From positions 96,001 to 160,000 of the IMG/VR virus record IMGVR_UViG_3300014205_000172: a stretch of DNA of 64,000 nucleotides, one strand, 5' to 3'. Of this stretch, positions 9,992 to 20,048 are shown in pieces. The stretch comes from a virus (Duplodnaviria > Caudoviricetes). The position numbers and the translations under genes are program-made. The notes under the pieces are model-generated. The model was not told the origin of the DNA. It ran no database searches and saw only the letters and a list, made by a program, of their open reading frames with translations. Within the stretch, counting starts at the first letter, position 1. Each line of letters opens with the position of its first letter.

Positions 9992-11647
9992 ATGCGCGTT
10001 CTTAAGCTAAACTTTGTGGAGGCTCCGCCGTCCTCTACCCAGTTCATCCGCACCTTCGACTTCGACAAGAAGAACAGTCGAATCGATGATCTTGCGCGGC
10101 TGACTGAAGATGGGACGAACATCATGCCAGAACGTTTGGCAAAGGTAGCATCGTCTCTGCTTTCGCCGAATACCACCAACCGCGCCAAGATCGTTTCCCA
10201 GATCGACGGCGGCTGGGATCAGAAGCGCATCATGTTCTCCATGGTGGTTGAGACATCCAGCCGTCCAAACCACCAAGAGTACGAATACATCGTGGGCCAC
10301 ACAGACTACGATGGATTCTCTCTGATCGGTATGAAAGAAGTCAAGCTCGATCTACGGATGAAACTGTACTTCGACCAGATCACGCACATCAACCTGTCTG
10401 GCGGCATTCGTCGTAGTTCCGAAGTCTGGACGCCATCCATTAAGTCAAGCGACCTGATCCTGAACCGCGATACGCTTCGCGGCTTCGGTCATGACGATCT
10501 GGCATCGCGCGGCACTGACCGTGCGCTGTCCAAGCGACCAACAGATCTGTTGCGTCGAGAAGGGGCATCCCTGAGTTACAATCAGGATAACTTCGCCTTC
10601 GATGATAACGATAAGCGCCGGCAGCCTCAGTCCAACACCAATAACACAGTGGGTACCTTTACTCAGCAGCTGAAGTTGTCCAGCCGGGATAATAACAGTG
10701 CGACATCCTTCCTGCACCGAACTCTCGATGGCTACGTCTCCGCATCGACCGGCGCTGGACTCGAGCCATCTTCATCGCCTTACGGCCTGGGTGATGAACG
10801 TTCGAGCAAGCTGGGTAACTTGAAACTGGCTTATGGCCGTGTTGACGAAAACGATCCGGCTGCTGACCGTTACCTGGAAGAGCTCAAGGAGTCTACGCGT
10901 ATCCTGAACTCTGGCTACATCACGTATGGCGAACTGATGGAGATGAATCCAGAGTTCGTTAAAAATGAGCAAGAAACTTTTGCTCGGGCAGATGTGCGTC
11001 GTAGCTACCGCCACAGCGACACCAAGCAATGGCAAGGCGATGATCACGAAACGATTGCAGCGCTCACGCTCGCCAACTCCCTGCCGGGATTGATGATCAA
11101 GAACATGTACTCGAAGCTGGATAAGCTGACGATTAACTCGTACGGTCACTCCAAACTGTCCCGTATCACCGGCTGCGTCCCATCACCGTACATCGATGGT
11201 CTGGATATCGAAGCTACATGGCCTAACTTTGAACACCAAGTGTCCGAAGTCTTGATTCATGAAGTGTCTCGCGGTATCTTCAACTTCGAGGCAAAAATTG
11301 ACGCAAACGTCGATGGTTATGTCGACATCTGGATTCGCATCGATGGCGGTCCTGAATCGTTCCACAGCTTCCCGGCGTATTGCGCTGCGTTGATGTCGCC
11401 AACTCTGGACACTAACGTTGGTTCGTTGAACTCGATGAGTACCAACCTCACCGATATCTCCAACGATCTCGCCACTCGGCGCATGGGTCACTCCCGCATC
11501 TCAATCGAAGATCCATTGCGTAACAGTAGCGGTGGGCTTCAATTGGGCATTGGTGGGATCGGTCGCCGCGATGCTCCAAGCTCCCGTACCCTTGACACCG
11601 CACTCAGTTCAAGTTCGCTGGATCTTCCGGCCAAAAAGAACTGGTAA
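9992..11647 (+). CDS. Phage-nucleus protein importer PicA/Imp1-like (phiKZ gp69 position)
   Basis: 551 aa directly after the gp68-like gene; assigned by synteny and size only. Confidence 0.65.
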   Translation: MRVLKLNFVEAPPSSTQFIRTFDFDKKNSRIDDLARLTEDGTNIMPERLAKVASSLLSPNTTNRAKIVSQIDGGWDQKRIMFSMVVETSSRPNHQEYEYIVGHTDYDGFSLIGMKEVKLDLRMKLYFDQITHINLSGGIRRSSEVWTPSIKSSDLILNRDTLRGFGHDDLASRGTDRALSKRPTDLLRREGASLSYNQDNFAFDDNDKRRQPQSNTNNTVGTFTQQLKLSSRDNNSATSFLHRTLDGYVSASTGAGLEPSSSPYGLGDERSSKLGNLKLAYGRVDENDPAADRYLEELKESTRILNSGYITYGELMEMNPEFVKNEQETFARADVRRSYRHSDTKQWQGDDHETIAALTLANSLPGLMIKNMYSKLDKLTINSYGHSKLSRITGCVPSPYIDGLDIEATWPNFEHQVSEVLIHEVSRGIFNFEAKIDANVDGYVDIWIRIDGGPESFHSFPAYCAALMSPTLDTNVGSLNSMSTNLTDISNDLATRRMGHSRISIEDPLRNSSGGLQLGIGGIGRRDAPSSRTLDTALSSSSLDLPAKKNW

Positions 11648-11674
11648 CACATTTCTTAAATGAGGTACCATTGA

Positions 11675-12961
11675 ATGTCAACGAAACTCGACAAGCTGAT
11701 TGATTTCTATTCGAAGCTTCTGCTTGATGTCGGGGTGTTTGACAAAGACGGTCAGGGTCTGCTGTTTTACAATCAGGGTGATACTGCTCACCCTGTTTCC
11801 CTGAGCGGCACTCGTCTTTGCCTCCCAACCCGCGAACTGGTCCGCGACGGCGATTGGACTGCCCGTACGGCATTCCACCCTCTGTCCGAACAGATCAACC
11901 AGGGTCCGTCCCCTGTGCTCAACGCGTTCAAAGCTTACATCATCGAACGCATCAAACCCCTGTACAAACTGATCGCCGTAGAGCTCGCTGAGCTAACTGC
12001 CGACAGTTCGCGCCACAAAGCGCTGACTACCAAAGCTTCGAAGTTCATGAAGAGCCTGGTAGGTTTCGACGATACCACTACCAAGACTCTGGAAAAGATC
12101 CTCAAGCGCACCAGTTCCGACATTCCGGAAAAGCGCCTGGTCAGTATTTTCCTCCAGGGTAGTCAGGGCGGCGGTATTTTACGCAGCTGTAAAGTATCAT
12201 TTCCAGTAATGGATGATGCTGAAAACGAAGACACTACCATGTTCTTCGAAGTGGCAATGCCGCGTAAAACAAAGGACAAGGCACTGATCGTATCTCTGCT
12301 GAACTACGTCCTCGGCGAATCTGGCATGTTCGATGGCGACGTAAAGAAAGGCGATGCGCCTTATTTCGAAAGCCTGCTGATCAGCTTCCACAAGATCGCC
12401 GAGCATCTGAACCGCTTGATCGATCTACATGGTGCCGCTTGTCCTGTACTCAAGGACTTCCGGTTCCATCTGGAATGGGCGGACGAACTCGCTACGTTTG
12501 GTGAGTTCTGTGAGAAATACGGCGTGGCTGTTCCAGCCCTGCCTGGTAACGTTGGTATCGATCCAGAGCCAGATGATGAAGAAGAAGAACCGTCCAGCAA
12601 GTCGGTATTTGAAGCAGGTGCCGATAAAGTTGGGGCAATTGACCTCCCGTTCAGCCGCAAAGGTGAAGACCGTAGCAGCCTGGGTAGTAGTGTTAATCGC
12701 AGTGGTGATGCCTTTACTCGCACTCGCGAGCAAGATGATCGTGATAACGATCGCGGCCGACCTGCTGCTACCACCATGAGTGTTGATGAAATCCTGCGTA
12801 GCGGTCGTGACCGTGGTCGCGGTGACTTCGATCGTCGTGATGATCGTGACCGTGGCCGTGATCCATTTCAACGTCAGTCTCATGAACGTAGCGGTATTCA
12901 GCTGGGTGGCGGTAACGGCGGTAGTGATCGTGGTGGTCGTGGCGGCGGCCGCGGCTGGTAA
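11675..12961 (+). CDS. Conserved-position protein (phiKZ gp70-like) with acidic and RD/RG low-complexity C-tail
   Basis: 428 aa; tail RDRGRGDFDRRDDRDRGR...GGRGGGRGW. Confidence 0.75.
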   Translation: MSTKLDKLIDFYSKLLLDVGVFDKDGQGLLFYNQGDTAHPVSLSGTRLCLPTRELVRDGDWTARTAFHPLSEQINQGPSPVLNAFKAYIIERIKPLYKLIAVELAELTADSSRHKALTTKASKFMKSLVGFDDTTTKTLEKILKRTSSDIPEKRLVSIFLQGSQGGGILRSCKVSFPVMDDAENEDTTMFFEVAMPRKTKDKALIVSLLNYVLGESGMFDGDVKKGDAPYFESLLISFHKIAEHLNRLIDLHGAACPVLKDFRFHLEWADELATFGEFCEKYGVAVPALPGNVGIDPEPDDEEEEPSSKSVFEAGADKVGAIDLPFSRKGEDRSSLGSSVNRSGDAFTRTREQDDRDNDRGRPAATTMSVDEILRSGRDRGRGDFDRRDDRDRGRDPFQRQSHERSGIQLGGGNGGSDRGGRGGGRGW

Positions 12962-12965
12962 ACGG

Positions 12966-13010
12966 CATAGAGAGGTGGGGGTAACCCCACCTCTTCTACC
13001 CTGTTTTTTA
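12966..13010. terminator. Terminator at a convergent junction
   Basis: AGAGGTGGGG-GTAA-CCCCACCTCT then T6; preceded by CATAG. Confidence 0.75.
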
Positions 13011-13349
13011 ATTTGCAGATAAGCGTGTTCGATACACCATTTTCATCCGCGCAACAAGATCTTTGTTTGGAATGAGTAAAGTGCCTAGATTTTCATCGAT
13101 CTGGGTATTAGAGGTCAGCCCATTGACACGCATGATTAGCTCGTGATCCTCAAGCTGTACGTTGTTATCCAGCAGGAACGCCGCCATGTCAAATTGGTAC
13201 AGGTACCCATCTTCCGGGGCTATGACTAATGACGTTGTGGTTGAGTGCGTTCTGTAAAAGGTGACGAGCGACTCGACGAAGGTTTTGTATTCCTCAGTAG
13301 TCGTGTACTCATCGGGAGAATCAATCCGTAGTTTTTCAAGCGCTGTCAT
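13008..13349 (-). CDS. Small protein, possibly LysM/T4 gp53-like baseplate component
   Basis: 113 aa, GAGGT RBS; IMRVNGL...LGTLLIP resembles the LysM/tail-X C-terminal pattern. Confidence 0.55.
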   Translation of the reverse strand: MTALEKLRIDSPDEYTTTEEYKTFVESLVTFYRTHSTTTSLVIAPEDGYLYQFDMAAFLLDNNVQLEDHELIMRVNGLTSNTQIDENLGTLLIPNKDLVARMKMVYRTRLSAN

Positions 13350-13367
13350 TTCGACCTCGTAAAGTTC

Positions 13368-13381
13368 CAGTCACACATCAT
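13368..13381 (+). promoter_or_regulatory. Putative early promoter motif
   Basis: CAGTCACACATCAT upstream of the betaC gene, with TTCGA about 18 nt upstream. Confidence 0.55.
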
Positions 13382-13417
13382 AGATGTGTAGTACCATACC
13401 GCCCAATGGAGTTGAAC

Positions 13418-15598
13418 ATGTCGGATATAATCTATCCAATTCACCCAGAATACGTTTCATTTAACGGTATGAATTCGCATTTCAAGAACGTATCGCCCGT
13501 ACGTCAGGTTATGCATACCGGCGCCATGTCACAGTCGTTGATTGTAGATGGCCGAACCCGTAAGCGTCAGCAAACGGGGCTCGAACGAGAAATTGCCCGA
13601 GGAACAATTCACAAAACCTTTACCGAAGACGTTATTATCCGCGCAGTGATTCCTCGTTTCACGGATGACATGTTTACGCATCTGAAAGATGGTCGCAATG
13701 CCAACCCGCTGGATCTGATAATCTTCGAAGACTACCGCACCGGGATGCTGGACGTAATGGAGCTGGCCAAGTTCCACGTCATGCACCAGCACTTTGGGTT
13801 TATCTTTGACATCGATGATGAGGTTTACAATAAACTTGTCAGCGTTAAGGATGCTCATATCCCAGCAGGGACCCAGGTAGCTCGCTCACCGGCTGTTACA
13901 GCCGATGGTGACTACATGCCAGGGCTTGAAGCCAACGTTGTCATGCTGTCCCACCCAGCGACCGATAACGACAGTATCATCTTCTCTGAATCGTATACCA
14001 AACGCATCCAGACCAACGCCTTTGAATCCCGTGGCGTGGAATGCGGCCGACATAAATACCTGGTCAATGCATATGGCAACGGCACTGTCTTCAAATGCAT
14101 TCCTGACATCGGCGAAACCATCCATACCAACGGGTTGTTGGTAGCCACCCGTCCGTATGACGAACGGCTGGATGCGGTCTACATGACCCGCAAGCAGTTG
14201 CTCAAGCCAGTCTATTGGTTGGATGATCGGGTCGTTGGCCATCCAGGCGCTGAGATCGTTGACATCCGTGTGATGCACAACAGTCAGTTGGCAAGTCAGC
14301 GTATGCCAGAAGAAATGTCTCATCAGATCCGCAAGTACTGGGAAGCTGACAGACTCTTCAATACCGAACTGATTCGCCACACGGTGTGTCGTACAGGTCG
14401 GTGGGATGACAGCACCAGTATGTCTGATCGCTTAGCCACTTTGGTTAACGCGGCTATTCCTCGTGCAGGTCACATGCTGATCGACGAAGGTCTCTGGCCG
14501 AAAAGCCAGGCCGAACAGCTCAATGTTCGGATGAACTACCGTGGCGAACTGCTCGATGAGTGGAAGATAGATATTACATACCGCTATAAGACAGAAGCTG
14601 GCGAAGGTCCAAAGAACACGGATGAGAACGGCGCTAAAGGTGTTGGTTCGTTTGTAATGCCTGATGCATCTATGCCGATCGATAAGTTCGGTAACCGTGC
14701 TGAGATCGCAGTACTCAGTAACCCAACGGTTAACCGGATGAACCCTGGGCGCCCTCACCAGCAAATGGTGGGCGCCGCCGGTCGAGATGTGATCAAGCGT
14801 ATTCGCCGTACCTATGGTTTCCCTGACATGGGCGTGGTGAGTCGTGCTGCTGTTGAAGCTGCCGTCTATGCAAAACCAAACGCAGAGCTGAACTTCCAGA
14901 ACTATGCCTACCTTCTTGGTTTCTACAAGATCGTGAGTAAAGATCGGATGTATGCGCGCGGTACGCGTGATGATGTCATGCCGACTGGCCGCTATCTGAC
15001 TCACTTGATTGAAGTGATTCTCGATGGCAACTGTGAGGAAGGGTTGGCTTACGGTCTGTATCTGCAGAAGGTACCAGAAAGCCAAGACAAGATGGACGAA
15101 GTCATCCGCGCTATTGCGGAAGGTCCATATCGTCCAGAAATGAGTCCGGTGACTTACGAAGATTACAACGGCAACATGGTCACCACCAAGGAAGATATCC
15201 TCATTGGCCCTATCTACCACCTCAACCTGGAAAAGACAGCGACTGACGGCTCAGGTGTAAGCTCCGCCAAGCTTAATCAGTTTGGCATCACCTCACGTCT
15301 GACCAATGCTGACAAGTACGCTACTGCCGGCCGGCAAACCGTAACGCGCTCTTTGGACGAAGCTTCTGTTCGAAGCATGAGTGCGGCATCTGGTGCTGAA
15401 ATCATGGCGCACATAATGGACTTGCACAACAACCCAGTGGTGCATAAGGCGGCTTGCCGAACCATTATCACCGCAGAGTATCCGACCAACATCGACTCTC
15501 TGGTTGATCGAGATGTGTTCAAGATGGGTGGTCACAGACCGTTGGCGTTTGCCATCCACCACTTCATTTGCTCCGGCAAGTACATCACTCGCGACTGA
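13418..15598 (+). CDS. nvRNAP beta subunit, C-terminal part (phiKZ gp71-73-like), uninterrupted
   Basis: GPKNTDENGAKGV (cf. GDK..GRHGNKGV), NRMNPG, GPIYHLNLEK, DNDSIIFSES; GGAG RBS before ATG 13418. Confidence 0.9.
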   Translation: MSDIIYPIHPEYVSFNGMNSHFKNVSPVRQVMHTGAMSQSLIVDGRTRKRQQTGLEREIARGTIHKTFTEDVIIRAVIPRFTDDMFTHLKDGRNANPLDLIIFEDYRTGMLDVMELAKFHVMHQHFGFIFDIDDEVYNKLVSVKDAHIPAGTQVARSPAVTADGDYMPGLEANVVMLSHPATDNDSIIFSESYTKRIQTNAFESRGVECGRHKYLVNAYGNGTVFKCIPDIGETIHTNGLLVATRPYDERLDAVYMTRKQLLKPVYWLDDRVVGHPGAEIVDIRVMHNSQLASQRMPEEMSHQIRKYWEADRLFNTELIRHTVCRTGRWDDSTSMSDRLATLVNAAIPRAGHMLIDEGLWPKSQAEQLNVRMNYRGELLDEWKIDITYRYKTEAGEGPKNTDENGAKGVGSFVMPDASMPIDKFGNRAEIAVLSNPTVNRMNPGRPHQQMVGAAGRDVIKRIRRTYGFPDMGVVSRAAVEAAVYAKPNAELNFQNYAYLLGFYKIVSKDRMYARGTRDDVMPTGRYLTHLIEVILDGNCEEGLAYGLYLQKVPESQDKMDEVIRAIAEGPYRPEMSPVTYEDYNGNMVTTKEDILIGPIYHLNLEKTATDGSGVSSAKLNQFGITSRLTNADKYATAGRQTVTRSLDEASVRSMSAASGAEIMAHIMDLHNNPVVHKAACRTIITAEYPTNIDSLVDRDVFKMGGHRPLAFAIHHFICSGKYITRD

Positions 15599-15608
15599 GG
15601 TATAAACG

Positions 15609-17579
15609 ATGCGTACGTTTCACGTCAGAGAGTTCTTTGACAATCCGCAGCGTGAATGGCCTTGTCTGAAGGACGAGCTGTTCAGGATGCAGTTGGATGA
15701 TGGGGAAGTTATTGAAACCATCACGGCCGCTGTGGAGATCTCCAGGAAGTTGTGGTTGGTTCACGAGAAGTACGACCGCCTGCCAATCTTTGCGCGTCAC
15801 TGTGTGCGAACAGTGCCGATGTCGAACGGAGACATTTCCAAAATCGGCTCTGCGCTGGCTGAAGATGTTCATGACATCTATGGCATTGATGGCTACAACC
15901 GGGAAGAGCTGTGGTGGTTTATGCAGCTCAACAACCAGCGGCTGTATAACGAATCGATTATTGACTACCCTGAATACGTGCGAGGGTCTAACTCTTTCAC
16001 GTTTGATGAGGTCTACTTCTTTCCGGCAGTCGCAGCCATCCGTGATAAGTTGATGGAAAACCCTACCGCCTTAGCTATTGAGAAGGCGACGGACCAAGCA
16101 GCGCACGTCATCATGACGGCGCCGGAACTTGCCCGTAATGCGGTGGTGTCCGACCTGCGGGCCAAGATCATTAAGATGGAGCAATTCCTTCAATGCATCC
16201 TGGTCCGTGGGTTTAACACCGACATCGATGACGTGATCTACAGGAAGCCGATCACAGGTAACTACTACTCGGGTATCAATGATCCAGCAGAAGCCCTCAT
16301 GGACTCCACACTGGCGTCTAAGGCTATCATCTACCAAGGTGAGCCGCTGGAACAAACCGAGTACGCCAACCGTAAGTTGCAGTTCAGTTCACAGCGGGTT
16401 GACCTGCTGATCATGAATGACTGCAACTCACCAGTGCTCGCCGCTATCGAAGTAACGCCAAACCGTTATTCCGACATGGAAGGGCTGTATTTCAAAGATC
16501 CTGAAACAGGGCAGCTTAAAGCACTGCGTCTACGGGATCGGAAGAAGTACGAAGGCATGACGTTAAGTTTCCGTCTGCCATTCAACTGTCGTTGGCGAGG
16601 CAGTGCGTGTGTCTGCAGAATGTGTTACGGTGAGCTGGCATTCAATCTGCCTTACGGTGTGAATATCGGTCACGTTGCATCGACCATGACTCAGTCGATC
16701 ATTTCTCAACGGGTGTTGAAAGTTAAACACTCTGAGAGATCAACGGTAGCGGAGCGGATCAATATCAACCTGGAGGAAAAGCCTTACATTGACCATGCCG
16801 AGGCACCTAACCAGATTGCGTTGAACCCAGAGCTTGCGAAGAATGGCGTTAAGCTGATCCTTAAAGCAGCCGTAGCCCAAGGTGTATTCGGGGCTTCGAA
16901 GATTCCACTGCTCAAGAAGGAACACATCCGCGACGACGTCCCATCTTCCAAGTTCAGTCAGTTCCGTACCGTGTCGTTCGATCTGCCAAATGGCGAGAAG
17001 CAACCACTGCGGGTCCATGTCACTGTATCGCGAGGGGGTAACTATTCCTTCTTGACGCATGACTTCCTGCGGTACATCCTCGACAACAAGTTCCCTATCC
17101 GGGAAGATGGTAACTATCACATCGATCTGGAGAAATGGGACTTCACCAAGCCTGTGTTTGAACTCCCGAACAAACACATCTCCATGCGAGACTTTGCGGC
17201 TGAAGTTGAGGTAATGATCCGGTCTACTCGTGACAGTTCCAGCCGTCACTTGGGTCGCTTGAAACAACTGACCCAATACGCAGATCCAGTAGAAGCAATG
17301 CTGGACGCCCATGAACTGATCGCCAGTAAAGTGCCGGTCTCGATGACGCACGTTGCTGTAGTGTTGCTGTCGATGACCACGGGGATGGATAAGGATTGTG
17401 TTAACATTCCAAAGTTTGGCGAGACATTGCGTTTTGCTAAATACGGTAAGATCCTTTCCAATGGTAGCTATGGTGTGCTCTTTGCATATCAAGGCGCTAA
17501 CGCAGTGATGAATAAACTTGAGCAGTACCTCCTGGTAGATCGTAATCCACATCTGCTTGATCCGATTCTCATGCCTTAA
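15609..17579 (+). CDS. nvRNAP beta' subunit, C-terminal part (phiKZ gp74-like)
   Basis: Bridge-helix-like TEYANRKLQ, Zn site C..CVCRMCYG, trigger-loop-like NIGHVAST...SQRVLKVKH. Confidence 0.9.
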   Translation: MRTFHVREFFDNPQREWPCLKDELFRMQLDDGEVIETITAAVEISRKLWLVHEKYDRLPIFARHCVRTVPMSNGDISKIGSALAEDVHDIYGIDGYNREELWWFMQLNNQRLYNESIIDYPEYVRGSNSFTFDEVYFFPAVAAIRDKLMENPTALAIEKATDQAAHVIMTAPELARNAVVSDLRAKIIKMEQFLQCILVRGFNTDIDDVIYRKPITGNYYSGINDPAEALMDSTLASKAIIYQGEPLEQTEYANRKLQFSSQRVDLLIMNDCNSPVLAAIEVTPNRYSDMEGLYFKDPETGQLKALRLRDRKKYEGMTLSFRLPFNCRWRGSACVCRMCYGELAFNLPYGVNIGHVASTMTQSIISQRVLKVKHSERSTVAERININLEEKPYIDHAEAPNQIALNPELAKNGVKLILKAAVAQGVFGASKIPLLKKEHIRDDVPSSKFSQFRTVSFDLPNGEKQPLRVHVTVSRGGNYSFLTHDFLRYILDNKFPIREDGNYHIDLEKWDFTKPVFELPNKHISMRDFAAEVEVMIRSTRDSSSRHLGRLKQLTQYADPVEAMLDAHELIASKVPVSMTHVAVVLLSMTTGMDKDCVNIPKFGETLRFAKYGKILSNGSYGVLFAYQGANAVMNKLEQYLLVDRNPHLLDPILMP

Positions 17580-17591
17580 TCAACCCAAAAT

Positions 17592-17627
17592 AGCCACACC
17601 TACTGCCTTACGGCAGTAGGTGTGGTT
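17592..17627 (+). promoter_or_regulatory. 16-bp hairpin abutting the endonuclease RBS (possible translational or termination control)
   Basis: AGCCACACCTACTGCC-TTAC-GGCAGTAGGTGTGGTT directly before GAGGT and ATG 17637. Confidence 0.55.
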
Positions 17628-17636
17628 GAGGTCCGT

Positions 17637-18359
17637 ATGGATAAAAATATAGAGTCTATTTTCTTTTCTGACCCGGAATATGTAGCCAAGCTTAAATTGT
17701 TTAATGATAAGTTTTGTGTATACAGAATTATTCATATTCCAACGTGTAAGTTTTATTTTGGCAGTACAAGTGGATTAGCTTACAGAGTCCTTAAACATAT
17801 CTCAGAATTAAAATCTGGTAAGCATCATAATCAGAAACTTCTTGATACCTATACTCAAATTGAAGACTTTGTTGTCGGTGTTCAGATCTATGAAACCAAA
17901 GATGAGATGCGGGTTGCCGAACAGGGTTATTTAGACATCCACCACGGATCTGATGATTGTCTAAATATAGGGAATTCGGCAACCAGTCCATGGAGTGTCC
18001 TTCCTGACTATGTGCGAGAAGCAATCGTAAAGGCAAACACAGGTAGAGTTTCGCCGACCAAAGGACAATCTCGGTCGGAAGTCCACAGGTTAAACGCTGC
18101 CGAAGGTACTAGAAAAGCCTTGTGTGGGAAACCAGGGCATTGGCTAGGTAGAAAGTTTTCAGAAGAAACGCGTCTGAAAATTGCATTAGCTAGATCTAAG
18201 CCAATCTCTGTAGCCGGGGTCGTTTATCCAAGAGGGGCAGTGGAGGTATTTGAAAAACTGGGGATTACACGTAAGCATATTTATAAAATGATAAATGATG
18301 AATCGGCTGAACATGCGGATAAGTTCTTCTGCGATTCAAACGGAAATAAGAAAGAGTGA
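17637..18359 (+). mobile_element. Free-standing GIY-YIG homing endonuclease with NUMOD3-like repeats
   Basis: CVYRI...FYFGST, R..KH..EL..GKHHN, EQ.YLD...LNI; NUMOD3-like GRKFSEETRLKIA; visibly more AT-rich than flanks. Confidence 0.85.
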
Positions 18360-18361
18360 CG

Positions 18362-18404
18362 CATAGCCGGGGTAATTCCCGGCGTGACCCACATCTTTAT
18401 TTTT
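18362..18404 (+). terminator. Terminator after the endonuclease gene
   Basis: GCCGGG-GTAATT-CCCGGC then T-rich tract. Confidence 0.55.
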
Positions 18405-18460
18405 AACATAAACGCCTAATCCTCTGAGAGTAACTATGCCGTAAGCTTCGGGGGTTCATT

Positions 18461-19984
18461 TTGAAAATAGATGTCTACAGCCATGGCTTTTCGGTAACAG
18501 AACTTAACACAGCTCAGGAAAAGAAAGCCCTTGAGCAGTTCTGCACGCCGTTGATTCTGTTCGAAGAGAAAACGTTCGAAGGCGGAATCACTCGCATGGT
18601 GCCGTCTAAGACCTTCGCAGCATCAAACGCTTCCCGTGATTACTACCGGTTTCACGTCAACCTGCTGAGAGAGTTTCAGCAGATGGTAGCGTACTGCCAG
18701 ATTAAGCGTGATGATGTACAGATCACACGACACCCCGTAGTTATCGATGACAGCTTTCGGGTTGAGTTTGTTGAAGATAAATTACACCCGCCTCGTGATT
18801 ATCAGGAAAAGATCATTGAGTACAACCTTGCCGATGGGTCTAACAAAGTAATCACCCTCCAAGCTGGCGGCGGTAAAACTCTGTTGGCTCAGCACACCAT
18901 GAAACGACTGGGTTATCGGACCAGCATCATGATGAAGGGTGGGTATCTGGATCAGTGGGTATCAAGCCTCGATATTGCGTTTAAGTTTGGCCGTGGTGAC
19001 TTGGTCAAGATCCAAGGTTCGGTTGCACTGCACACAATCATGCAGATGGCTATCGATGGGGACGAGCTGCCAATGTGCATGCTTATCTCTATCAACACCT
19101 TCTCTGAGTACATCAGGGAGTATGAGCGTAACGGCGTAACACAGATGTACCCCATCGCCCCTCACGAGTTCTTTGAGGTGATGAAGATCGGGCTGAACAT
19201 CTTCGATGAAGGACACCAGTTCCCGCATCAGGTAATGAAGCTGTTTGTCTACACCCACATTGAAAAGTTCATGACGCTGTCTGCAACGCTTGAGACACGC
19301 AATAAGTTCATGAATCGGATCTATGAGATCATGTACCCCAGGTGTGACCGTTTTGATGCGGGGTATAGGAAAGTCTATATCTCTGCTTCTGCGGTCTTCT
19401 GGCAACTGAAGGACTCTAAGTCAATCAGGTACACGGGGTATAAAGGTGCGTACTCACATGTAAAATTTGAAGAAAGCATGATGCTGTCAAAGAACAGAAA
19501 GATCTTGGCCAACTACGTAGACATGATCTGCGCGTTTGCTGAGTCTGAGTTCATCAGCGTTATGGAGAAAGGTCAGAAGATGCTTATCTTTTGCGCCACC
19601 GTGAAGTTCTGTACGATGCTGGTAAGAGAGATTCAGAAACGTTATCCTCACATGGACACTACCCGCTATGTATCGGCGGACAAGCGTACTGTGATGGATA
19701 AAGCTGACATCATCGTCAGCACAGTGCTCTCAGCAGGTACTGCGGTAGACATCCCTAACCTACGGGTAACGTGGATGACTACGGCCATTGACTCGCAGCA
19801 GGCGAATGAACAGGCGCTCTATCGGACACGGCCGCTTGTTGACTGGCCGGATATCGTTCCTCGCTTCATTTATAGTGTATGCAACACGATTCAGAAACAC
19901 GTTGCATACCACCTCAATAAAAAGAAGGCCTGGCAAAGCTTGGTCAAAGAACACGGTACGTTGCAATCCCCCATTAGTGTATAA
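18461..19984 (+). CDS. SF2 (UvsW/RAD25-like) DNA helicase (phiKZ gp75-like)
   Basis: Q-motif PRDYQ, Walker A AGGGKT, DEGH, LSATL, GTAVDIPNL, QALYRTR. Confidence 0.9.
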   Translation: MKIDVYSHGFSVTELNTAQEKKALEQFCTPLILFEEKTFEGGITRMVPSKTFAASNASRDYYRFHVNLLREFQQMVAYCQIKRDDVQITRHPVVIDDSFRVEFVEDKLHPPRDYQEKIIEYNLADGSNKVITLQAGGGKTLLAQHTMKRLGYRTSIMMKGGYLDQWVSSLDIAFKFGRGDLVKIQGSVALHTIMQMAIDGDELPMCMLISINTFSEYIREYERNGVTQMYPIAPHEFFEVMKIGLNIFDEGHQFPHQVMKLFVYTHIEKFMTLSATLETRNKFMNRIYEIMYPRCDRFDAGYRKVYISASAVFWQLKDSKSIRYTGYKGAYSHVKFEESMMLSKNRKILANYVDMICAFAESEFISVMEKGQKMLIFCATVKFCTMLVREIQKRYPHMDTTRYVSADKRTVMDKADIIVSTVLSAGTAVDIPNLRVTWMTTAIDSQQANEQALYRTRPLVDWPDIVPRFIYSVCNTIQKHVAYHLNKKKAWQSLVKEHGTLQSPISV

Positions 19985-19987
19985 ATC

Positions 19988-20047
19988 AAAAAAAAACAGC
20001 ATACACCTCCGGCTAATGCCGGAGGTGTATGTCACTATCTTTTTTTT
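19988..20047. terminator. Bidirectional terminator, CATA...TATG family
   Basis: A9-CAGCATACACCTCCGGC-TAAT-GCCGGAGGTGTATGTC then a T-run; lies between convergent genes. Confidence 0.85.
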
Positions 20048-20048
20048 G

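Noticed and set aside
17580-18460. Group I intron around the GIY-YIG gene
   Set aside because: Both flanking genes appear complete, and the non-coding flanks are too short for a ribozyme core.
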